From: Sulfuritalea sp.
GTDB lineage: Bacteria; Pseudomonadota; Gammaproteobacteria; Burkholderiales; Rhodocyclaceae
DNA: 64,000 nucleotides
Direction of reading: 5' to 3'
Assembly (NCBI GenBank): GCA_016710465.1
Contig: JADJVS010000001.1
Coordinates: forward strand, 15,255-79,254
A model generated the notes under the pieces. That model was not told the DNA's origin. It made no database searches and saw only the letters and a program-made list of their open reading frames with translations. Of this stretch, positions 9,038-16,319 are shown piece by piece. Both the position numbers and the translations under genes were made by a program. The first letter of the stretch is position 1, and each line of letters begins with the position of its first letter.

Positions 9038-9667
9038 ATGGCCAGGACACGATCCCAGGATTACGATTCCATCAAGCAGGCCATCCTGCAGGCCGCGGCC
9101 AAGCTGTTCGCCGACAAGAGCTTCGAGGCCACCTCGATCAACGAGATCGCCGAGGCGGCGGGCCTCTCCAAGGCCGGCATCTACCACTACTTCGAATCCA
9201 AGACCGAGATCCTGCGCGTGATGCTCACCGAGCACCTCGAGTCGGTGACCGAGATCGTGGACACGGCGCTGAACACCTCGGATGCCCCGCGCGACAAGTT
9301 CCTGACCCTGACACGCCTCCTGATCGAGAACTACACGCAGCCGAGTTCGCGCAACCAGCACAGCGTGCTGGTCAATGACATCGGCGCCCTTTCGCCCAAG
9401 GACCGCGAGTTCATCGTCGCCACCGAGCGCCGCATCATTCGCGCCACCGAGCGCCTGCTGCAAAGCCTGTTTCCGCAACTGAACAAGCACCCGGACGTGC
9501 TGCAGCCGATCACCATGCTGTATTTCGGCATGATCAACTGGACCGATACCTGGTTCTCCGATAAGGGGCGCCTCAGCCCGCCGCAACTGGCGACGCTGGC
9601 CGCCGAACTGATCCTCAACGGCATCGCCCATACCGACTACGCGACGCTTCGCCAGGCCTCGAAGTAG
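9038..9667 (+). CDS. TetR/AcrR family transcriptional regulator
   Basis: HTH 'FEATSINEIAEAAGLSKAGIYHYFESK'. Confidence 0.85.
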   Translation: MARTRSQDYDSIKQAILQAAAKLFADKSFEATSINEIAEAAGLSKAGIYHYFESKTEILRVMLTEHLESVTEIVDTALNTSDAPRDKFLTLTRLLIENYTQPSSRNQHSVLVNDIGALSPKDREFIVATERRIIRATERLLQSLFPQLNKHPDVLQPITMLYFGMINWTDTWFSDKGRLSPPQLATLAAELILNGIAHTDYATLRQASK

Positions 9668-9678
9668 ACCGATCGGTT
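9667..9678. promoter_or_regulatory. Palindromic operator-like site GACCGATCGGTT
   Basis: Same GACCG-NN-CGGT core as the sites at 9787 and 12337. Confidence 0.35.
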
Positions 9679-9784
9679 AAACAATTCGCTGTAGCCCAGC
9701 GTCACCCGCACTGCCGGTCGTTATCGCCAAACCCATCCCAGATGGCAATGGCAACCGCCAGCGGCACTCCGTCTGCCGAATAAG

Positions 9785-9813
9785 TTGACCGCTCGGTCGG
9801 CCTATGTTAGCGT
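9785..9813 (+). promoter_or_regulatory. Putative promoter with embedded palindromic operator (upstream of the ligase)
   Basis: TTGACC - 17 nt - TAGCGT. Palindrome GACCGCTCGGTC spans 9787-9798. 26 of 31 nt match the element at 12334-12364. Confidence 0.5.
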
Positions 9814-9881
9814 GCCCGCATTGCCATCCGGGAGGCCGCCTCCCGGCAAATACACCACCGTTGCGCAATGGAGGAGACGAG

Positions 9882-11219
9882 ATGGGAACTATCACATTCG
9901 AGCATCCCGAGATCGAAAGCCTGGACCGCGACGGCATCGTGGCGATCCAGCGGGCCAAGCTGAAGAAGCTGGCCGAGCGCCTGCAGGGCTCGCCGGACTG
10001 GACCAAGCGCTTCAAGGCCGCCGGCATGGAGCCGCGCGACCTCGGCGATTTCGACAATCTGCATGCCATGCCGACGCTGGAAAAGTCCGACCTGCGCGCG
10101 CTCTATCCCTACCCTATGCTGACGGTGGACATTTCGCAGGTGCGCCGCTTCGTCGCCACCTCGGGTACCACCGGCCTGCCGGTGATGTTCGGCCTCACCG
10201 AGCGCGACCTCAACCACCTGCTTCCGTTCCAGATGTCGCGCCTGCTGCGCGCCGCCGGCATCCTGCCCGGCGACAAGGTGTACCAGGGCTACGGCTACGG
10301 CCTGTGGATCGGCGGCCTGGCCATGGACATCGGGCTTGCCGCCTACGGCGCTGTGAATTTCCCGATCGGCCCGGGGCGCAGCGACCTGATGCTGAAATGG
10401 CTGGGGGACCACGAATTCACCGCCTGTTCGTTGTCGCCTTTGTGGCTGATGACCCTGATTAACCAGGCCAAGGCGCAGGGCATCGATCCGCGCACGGCCT
10501 GGAAGCTGCGCGTGGGCGTGTTCGGCGGGCAGTCCATTTCGGCCGCCTTCCGCGACCAGCTCGAAGCCGAGATGCCGCCGGGATTCCGTGCGCAGAACAT
10601 CTACGGCACCACCGAGGCCGGCGGGCCCATCGTCAGCATTTCCTGCCCCTATTCGCACGACACGGACGAGATGCACCTGATCAATGAGGACACCCTCATC
10701 ACCGAGATCGTCGATCCGATGACGCTGCGCCCGGTGGGCCCCGGCGAGGTCGGCGAAGTGGTGATCACCTCGCTCGACCGCGAGGGCAGCCCGGTGGTGC
10801 GCTGGCGTACCCGCGACCTGGTCAGGCTTTCGGACAAACCCTACGACTGCCCCTGCGGCCGCCACGGCATGCCCAAGATCGGCCGCATCATCGGCCGCAG
10901 CGACGACATGCTGAAGATTCGCGGCGTGATGGTCTTCCCCAGCCAGGTCGAGGACATCATCGCCGACACCGAGGGCACGGTGAAGGAGGCTTGGCACATC
11001 TACATCGACAGCGACCCGATGCTGATGGAGGAAATCACCGTCGCCGTCGAGAAGGCCGGGGCCAGCGGCCGCGCCGCGCAGGACATCGAGCACGACCTCG
11101 GCCACGCCATCCATTCCCGCCTCGGCGTGCGCGTCAAGGTGGAATGCCTGGCCGAAGGCTCGCTGCCGCGCTACGAAGCCAAGGCGGTGCGCGTGCACCG
11201 TCGCGACAAGAAGGACTGA
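9882..11219 (+). CDS. PaaK-like (phenylacetate-CoA ligase / F390 synthetase family) acyl-CoA ligase
   Basis: 'VATSGTTGLPVMF' AMP motif, 'YGTTEAGGP', C-terminal 'KAVRVHRRD'. GGAGGAGA RBS precedes the ATG at 9882. Confidence 0.8.
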   Translation: MGTITFEHPEIESLDRDGIVAIQRAKLKKLAERLQGSPDWTKRFKAAGMEPRDLGDFDNLHAMPTLEKSDLRALYPYPMLTVDISQVRRFVATSGTTGLPVMFGLTERDLNHLLPFQMSRLLRAAGILPGDKVYQGYGYGLWIGGLAMDIGLAAYGAVNFPIGPGRSDLMLKWLGDHEFTACSLSPLWLMTLINQAKAQGIDPRTAWKLRVGVFGGQSISAAFRDQLEAEMPPGFRAQNIYGTTEAGGPIVSISCPYSHDTDEMHLINEDTLITEIVDPMTLRPVGPGEVGEVVITSLDREGSPVVRWRTRDLVRLSDKPYDCPCGRHGMPKIGRIIGRSDDMLKIRGVMVFPSQVEDIIADTEGTVKEAWHIYIDSDPMLMEEITVAVEKAGASGRAAQDIEHDLGHAIHSRLGVRVKVECLAEGSLPRYEAKAVRVHRRDKKD

Positions 11220-11250
11220 ACCCGGGAGTCGGCGCTGGCGGGACGGCGAT

Positions 11251-12210
11251 TCAGGTCCCGACGCGCTCCAGCATCTTCTCCGCCAGCGCGTAGGGATCGG
11301 TTTCGCGCGCGATCACCGGGTCGAGCAGCTCGTCCAGCCACTGGCCGTCCTCGGCGCGCATGCGGCGGTCGAGCAGGTCGCGCAGGATTTCGCCGACGCG
11401 AAAGCGCATGCGCGTGCGGACGCGCGTGCGGGCGGCATCGGAACCGTCGGCGTGGTCGGCAAAACAGCGGTCGATGTGCGCGGCAAGGTCGGCCACGCCA
11501 TCCCCGGTCGTTGCCTGGGTCTTCACCACCGGCGGGCGCCATCCGCGCTCGCTGTGCAGCCGCTGGCCGAGCGCGATCATCTCGGCGAGGGCCTGCACCG
11601 TGCGATCGGCCTCCTTGTGGTCGGCCTTGTTCACCACGAAGATGTCGCCGATCTCGTTGATGCCGGCCTTGGCGGCCTGCACGTCATCACCGCCCATGGG
11701 CGTTTGCAGCAGCACCACGACGGCGGCATGGCGCATGATGTCGGTCTCGTTCTGGCCGACGCCGACGGTCTCGATCAGCACCACGTCCCAGGGCATGGCG
11801 TCGAGCACGGTGAGCGCATCGCCCGTGGCGCGCGAGAGGCCGCCGAGGTGGCCGCGCGAGGCCATGCTGCGGATGAAGACACCGGCGTCGCCGCTGTGGT
11901 CCATCATGCGCAGGCGGTCGCCGAGCACGGCGCCGCCCGAGAAGGGGCTGGACGGATCGACCGCCAGCACCGCCACCTTGAGGCCGGCCTGGCGCCAGTG
12001 GCGCACCATGGCGTTGATCAGCGTGCTCTTGCCGGCGCCCGGCGGGCCGGTGACGCCGACCACCTTGCTGCGCCCGCCCCGGCGGTAGAGCGCCTGCAGC
12101 AGCGGCACCACGCCGGGCTCATCGCGCTCGACGCGGGTGATCAGGCGCGCCGCGCTGCGGATATGGCCGGCAGCCACGGCGTCGAGCAAACTGCGATCGG
12201 CTTCCTCCAC
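11251..12210 (-). CDS. meaB: MeaB/ArgK-type G-protein chaperone for B12-dependent mutases
   Basis: Walker A 'GPPGAGKST', 'ETVGVGQ', 'NKAD'. Confidence 0.88.
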   Translation of the reverse strand: MEEADRSLLDAVAAGHIRSAARLITRVERDEPGVVPLLQALYRRGGRSKVVGVTGPPGAGKSTLINAMVRHWRQAGLKVAVLAVDPSSPFSGGAVLGDRLRMMDHSGDAGVFIRSMASRGHLGGLSRATGDALTVLDAMPWDVVLIETVGVGQNETDIMRHAAVVVLLQTPMGGDDVQAAKAGINEIGDIFVVNKADHKEADRTVQALAEMIALGQRLHSERGWRPPVVKTQATTGDGVADLAAHIDRCFADHADGSDAARTRVRTRMRFRVGEILRDLLDRRMRAEDGQWLDELLDPVIARETDPYALAEKMLERVGT

Positions 12211-12334
12211 GTCCTTCTCCTTGCAAGCTGGTTAATTCGTCCTTTGGGTCGAATAATAACATTGGTCAAACCTAGGCGCTTTTAGTTCGCTACACGCTTC
12301 TGCTAAACCAATCCAGTAGCCGCCGCGTTAAACG

Positions 12335-12363
12335 TTGACCGGTCGGTCGGTTTTTGTTAGGAT
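12335..12363 (+). promoter_or_regulatory. Putative promoter with embedded palindromic operator (upstream of the mutase)
   Basis: TTGACC - 17 nt - TAGGAT. Palindrome GACCGGTCGGTC spans 12337-12348. Near-duplicate of 9785-9813. Confidence 0.55.
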
Positions 12364-12411
12364 GGCATCCGCCTGCGGCCCCCAGCGCCGCCAGCATGCA
12401 CAGGAGACGCA

Positions 12412-14031
12412 ATGAAGCGCGAGACGGATTACGGTTACGCCATCAAGCCGGTCTACACGCCTGCCGACGTGGCAGGCCTGGACTACGAGAAGGACCTTGG
12501 CCACCCCGGCAGCTTTCCCTACACCCGCGGCTACCACGAGAGCGGCTACCGCACGCGGATGTGGACCCAGCGCATGACGGCGGGCCTCGGCAGTTCGAAG
12601 CAGGCCAACGGCGTGCTCAAGAAATATCGCGAGATGGGGCAGCGCGGTGGCATGTGCGTGATCAGCGACCGCGTTTTCTCGCACTGCATCGACCCCGACC
12701 ACCCGCTGGGACGCAAGGAAGCCGGCGTCCTCGGCTGGCCCGGCTGCTCGCTGCTGGAGTTCGAGGAGCTGATGGACGGCATCCCGCTCACCGGGCAGTC
12801 GATCACCCTGCTCGGCTCATCGGCGCCGACGGTGATGCGCCTGGCCTACGTGGTGGCGCTGGCCCACAAGCGCGGCATCGATCCCAGCGAAATCCATGGC
12901 AGCGTCATGGAGTCGCCCTTCGAGAACTACTTCGGCCAGACCGACGTCCAGCCCTTCGACCTCAACCTCAAGCTCTGGCTCGACGCCTCGGAATACGTGG
13001 TGCGCAACAAGATCCGCATGCGCTCCAGCGTCATCAGCCAGCACTTCCAGGAGTCCGGCGGCAACAACGCGCAAGCCGTTGCCGTGGTGCTGTCGATGTA
13101 CAAGGAGCTGTGCGGCAAGCTGGTGCGCGAGCGCGGCCTGGACTTCGACGATGCCGCGCTGGTGCCCTACGAGCTGGTCAGCATCGGCACCCGCTTTTTC
13201 GAAGAGATCGCCAAAGTACGCGCCCTGCGCCGCATGTGGGCGCGCATCGCCAGGGACGAGTTCAAGGCGAAGACCGAGAAGGCCTGCCAGATGCTGATCG
13301 CGGTGCACACCTCGGGCCGCACCATGACCTACCAGCAGCCGCTCAACAACATCGCCCGCTGCGCCATCCAGTCGCTGGCCGGCGCCATGGTCGGCTGCAC
13401 GGCCATGGACAACGCCACCATGGACAACGCCTACGCCGAGCCCTCCGCGCTGGCGGCGCGCATGTCGCTCAACACCCAGCACATCGTGGCCCACGAGACC
13501 GGCGTCGCCGACGTGGTCGACCCGCTGGCCGGCTCCTACTTCGTCGAGGCCCTGACCAACGAGGTCGAGCAGGAGGCGACGAAGATCCTGAACAAGATCG
13601 ACGAGCTCGGCGGCCTCATCGCGGCGATCGACAAGGGCTACATCCAGGAGATGCTGCGCGACGAAGCCAACAAGAAGTTCATCGAGATGGACAAGAAGGA
13701 TCGCCTGATCGTCGGCGTGAACCACCTCGAAATCCCGCCCGAGGAGGATTTCGAGATCCCGATCCAGAAGCTGCACCCCGGCGATTCGGAAGCCATCGCC
13801 GAGCGCATGGCAAAGTGGAAACCGACCCGCGACCAGGACCTGCTCAAGGCCAGGATCCAGCAGCTTTACACCGATGCGCAGAAAGGCGACCGCTTCAACC
13901 TGATGCCGTCCATCGTCGAGGCGGTGGAAGCCTATGCCACCTCGGGCGAGGTGATCGGCACCATCCGCAAGGCACGCGGCTTGAACTACGACCCGTTCAA
14001 CGTCATCGAGTGCCCGTTCGCGCTGCACTGA
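12412..14031 (+). CDS. Coenzyme B12-dependent acyl-CoA mutase, large (substrate-binding) subunit, atypical
   Basis: Methylmalonyl-CoA mutase family TIM-barrel signatures: 'FPYTRG', 'WTQRMTAG', 'ISQHFQESGG', 'NNIARCAIQSLAG', 'DPLAGSYFVEALT'. Confidence 0.85.
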   Translation: MKRETDYGYAIKPVYTPADVAGLDYEKDLGHPGSFPYTRGYHESGYRTRMWTQRMTAGLGSSKQANGVLKKYREMGQRGGMCVISDRVFSHCIDPDHPLGRKEAGVLGWPGCSLLEFEELMDGIPLTGQSITLLGSSAPTVMRLAYVVALAHKRGIDPSEIHGSVMESPFENYFGQTDVQPFDLNLKLWLDASEYVVRNKIRMRSSVISQHFQESGGNNAQAVAVVLSMYKELCGKLVRERGLDFDDAALVPYELVSIGTRFFEEIAKVRALRRMWARIARDEFKAKTEKACQMLIAVHTSGRTMTYQQPLNNIARCAIQSLAGAMVGCTAMDNATMDNAYAEPSALAARMSLNTQHIVAHETGVADVVDPLAGSYFVEALTNEVEQEATKILNKIDELGGLIAAIDKGYIQEMLRDEANKKFIEMDKKDRLIVGVNHLEIPPEEDFEIPIQKLHPGDSEAIAERMAKWKPTRDQDLLKARIQQLYTDAQKGDRFNLMPSIVEAVEAYATSGEVIGTIRKARGLNYDPFNVIECPFALH

Positions 14032-14042
14032 AGGAGAGAACC

Positions 14043-14504
14043 ATGCAAGCTGGAAACGGAATCAAGGTCATCGTCACGATGATCGGGCTCGACGGGCATA
14101 CCACGGGCGGCGAGGTGGTGGCCATGATCCTGCGCGACGCCGGCTTCGAGGTGGTCTACCTCGGCGTGAACCAGACGCCGCGGATGATCATCGATGCCGC
14201 AATCCAGGAGGACGTCGATGTGATCGGAATCAGCTCGCATGCCTCGAACTACGGGCAGATCGAGGAACTGGTCGACCTGGCCAGGGCCAACGGGCTCGAC
14301 GACATGCTGATCGTGGTCGGCGGCAACATCCCGCGCGAGCCGGCACAGCACCTGCTGGCCAAAGGGGTGCACAAGATATTCCTGCCGGGCAGCAGCGGCG
14401 CGACGATCGTCGAGTACCTGTCCACCGAGGCGCGCGGCGCCCGAAAGTCGGCGCCGGCGACACGGCGATCCGGCGCCGGGAATGCGGATCAGGGGCGGAT
14501 GTAG
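14043..14504 (+). CDS. B12-binding small subunit of acyl-CoA mutase
   Basis: 'GLDGHTTGG' (DxHxxG), 'DVDVIGISS', 'VVGG'. The last ~24 codons run through a repeat/hairpin and overlap the convergent gene. Confidence 0.85.
   Translation: MQAGNGIKVIVTMIGLDGHTTGGEVVAMILRDAGFEVVYLGVNQTPRMIIDAAIQEDVDVIGISSHASNYGQIEELVDLARANGLDDMLIVVGGNIPREPAQHLLAKGVHKIFLPGSSGATIVEYLSTEARGARKSAPATRRSGAGNADQGRM
14443..14478. repeat. Short dispersed repeat / hairpin, copy 1
   Basis: GAAAGTCGGCGCCGGCGACACGGC is identical to 54504-54527, and 22 nt are identical to 34776-34797. CGGCGCCGG...CCGGCGCCG forms a 9-bp stem. Confidence 0.7.
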
Positions 14505-14920
14505 GCCCAGCCTTCGCGCTGCTTCTGCATCAGCTCGACGACGCCGGCCTTGACGTAGCCGACCTTGTCGATCATGTCCTCGCGCTTGATCTTCTGGTTG
14601 CTCATGGTGTTCTCGCAGGCGACCACCTTGACACCCGCCGCCATGGCATCGAGGACGCGGTTGGCGACGGTGGCGTCGGCCTTGAGCATGCCGATGCCGG
14701 GGCCATAGGCGACGATCTCGATTTCGGCATTGGTGACGCCGAGATCGGTCTGCACGTTCCTGGCGTTATTGAGCGCCAGATTCCACTTGGCGGGATCGGC
14801 GTCGCTGACCTGGAAGATGACGCGGGCCTTGCCCGGAGCATCGGCGGCCAGCGCCGGCAAGGGCGCGGCGAGGGCAAGCACGGCGACGAAAAGGCTGGCG
14901 CAGGCGGTGTGGCGAATCAT
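14489..14920 (-). CDS. Secreted DsrE/DsrF-like family protein (COG1416-type)
   Basis: Signal peptide '[14 protein letters not shown]'; 'IEIVAYGPGIGML', 'VVACENTM', C-terminal 'GWAYIRP'. Confidence 0.7.
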   Translation of the reverse strand: MIRHTACASLFVAVLALAAPLPALAADAPGKARVIFQVSDADPAKWNLALNNARNVQTDLGVTNAEIEIVAYGPGIGMLKADATVANRVLDAMAAGVKVVACENTMSNQKIKREDMIDKVGYVKAGVVELMQKQREGWAYIRP

Positions 14921-14966
14921 GGGATCTCCTCTGTGTTGTGGTCTGTCGGGGGCACTACAGCATCAT

Positions 14967-14992
14967 GACGCGTCGGGCGGCGGCTTTATTCC
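14967..14992 (-). promoter_or_regulatory. ECF-type promoter candidate for the DsrE-like gene
   Basis: Minus strand reads GGAATAAA - N14 - CGTC (17 nt between GGAAT and CGTC), 46 nt upstream of the ATG, with a GAGGAG RBS. Confidence 0.5.
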
Positions 14993-15017
14993 TTGTGCGC
15001 CGCCGCATCGACTCCCG

Positions 15018-15043
15018 GGAATAAACTTGCCTCATCCCGCGTC
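15018..15043 (+). promoter_or_regulatory. ECF-type promoter candidate for the sigma/anti-sigma operon
   Basis: GGAATAAA - N14 - CGTC with spacing identical to the divergent copy. Only 12 nt separate it from the ATG, so the leader would be very short. Confidence 0.45.
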
Positions 15044-15055
15044 CTACGCCTGTCC

Positions 15056-15601
15056 ATGGCCATCCTGTCCTTCCTCTTCCATAGCCGCCAATGGCGCGAC
15101 AGCCTCGAAGCGGCGCGCCCGGCGCTCTATCGCGTCGCCTACGCCTGGTGCCGCGACGCGGCGCTGGCCGATGACCTGGTGCAGGAGGCGACGACCAAGG
15201 CCCTGGAACGCGGTGACCAGTTGCGTGACCCAACCCGCTTCAAGGGCTGGCTGTTCGCCATTCTTTCACGCTGCTGGCACGACCACCTGCGCGCCCGCCA
15301 CCCGCACGAGGACATCGACGAGCTCGCCGACGAGTACCTGGCCGGCGGCAGCACGCCGCCCGAGGAAGCCGAGCGCCGCCAGACCATCGCGCGCGTGCGT
15401 GCCGCCGTAGCGCGGCTGCCGGTGGGCCAGCGTCAGGTGCTCACCCTGGTCGACCTCGAAGAGTTCGGCTATGCCGAGGTCGGCGACATCCTCGCCATAC
15501 CCATGGGCACGGTAATGAGTCGCCTGCACCGCGCCCGCCGCGCCCTGCGCGAGGACCTGCTGCGCGTCGAGTCCGCCGCGCCGCTGTGGAGGGTGAAATG
15601 A
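15056..15601 (+). CDS. ECF (sigma-70 family) RNA polymerase sigma factor
   Basis: Region 2 'DDLVQEATTKALER', region 4 'LPVGQRQVLTLVDLEEFGYAEVGDILAIPMGTVMSRLHRAR'. Confidence 0.85.
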   Translation: MAILSFLFHSRQWRDSLEAARPALYRVAYAWCRDAALADDLVQEATTKALERGDQLRDPTRFKGWLFAILSRCWHDHLRARHPHEDIDELADEYLAGGSTPPEEAERRQTIARVRAAVARLPVGQRQVLTLVDLEEFGYAEVGDILAIPMGTVMSRLHRARRALREDLLRVESAAPLWRVK

Positions 15602-16275
15602 AGCACGAGATATCCGACGAGCAACTGAATGCCTTTGTCGATGACGAACTCGATGCCACAGACCGCAACCGGGTACTGAGGGCGATGGCCGTCGACGGGG
15701 ATCTGGCGCAACGCGCCTGCACCCTGCGCCTGGTCAAGGAACAGGTACGCCACGCCTACGCCGAGCCGTCGGCAGCGCCGTCGCGGCAACGACCGGCTCG
15801 CCCCTGGCGCGCGCTGGCCATGGCACTGATGCTGGCGGGGGCCGCCGTGGGCGGCTGGATCGCCCGCGACCAGGTCGGCACGGGAAGCGACATGCTCGCG
15901 CGCAAGGCTGACACGGGGCACGTAATCCTGCACCTGGCGGCCTGGGACGAGCGACGGGCGCGCATCGCCCTCGACGACGCCGAGGGGCTGCTGCGCACCG
16001 CGCGCGAGGCCGGGCAGCCGATCGACGTGGAACTGGTGGCCAATCGCGGCGGGCTTGACTTGCTGCGCACCGGGGTTTCACCCCATGCGGATCGCATCGC
16101 GCGGCTGCGCGCCGAGCATCCGAACTTCGCCTTGATCGCCTGCGGCCAGACCGTGGAACACCTGCGCGAAAAGGGCCTGGCGGTACACCTGCTGCCCGGC
16201 ACCCGCGTCGCCAGCTCGGCGCTGGAGCAGATCGTCACGCGCATGAGCCAGGGCTGGTCCTACGTACGCGTCTGA
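15598..16275 (+). CDS. Anti-sigma factor with single TM and periplasmic DsrE-like domain
   Basis: ATGA-coupled to the sigma gene. N-terminal 'LNAFVDDELD', TM 'LAMALMLAGAAVGGWIA'. C-terminal 'VELVANRGGLDLL...LIACGQTV...GWSYVRV' aligns with the neighbouring DsrE-like protein. Confidence 0.7.
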   Translation: MKHEISDEQLNAFVDDELDATDRNRVLRAMAVDGDLAQRACTLRLVKEQVRHAYAEPSAAPSRQRPARPWRALAMALMLAGAAVGGWIARDQVGTGSDMLARKADTGHVILHLAAWDERRARIALDDAEGLLRTAREAGQPIDVELVANRGGLDLLRTGVSPHADRIARLRAEHPNFALIACGQTVEHLREKGLAVHLLPGTRVASSALEQIVTRMSQGWSYVRV

Positions 16276-16319
16276 AGGCGGCGCGGCGCCGTGCCGCCAG
16301 CGCCGACTCTCAGTATTGG

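Noticed and set aside
12354-14042. Upstream 563 codons of the 716-aa ORF 12354-14504
   Set aside because: This part overlaps the mutase large subunit in another frame and is Arg/Pro-rich. Only the last 153 codons (from the ATG at 14043, starting 'MQAGNGIKVIV') carry the B12-binding domain.
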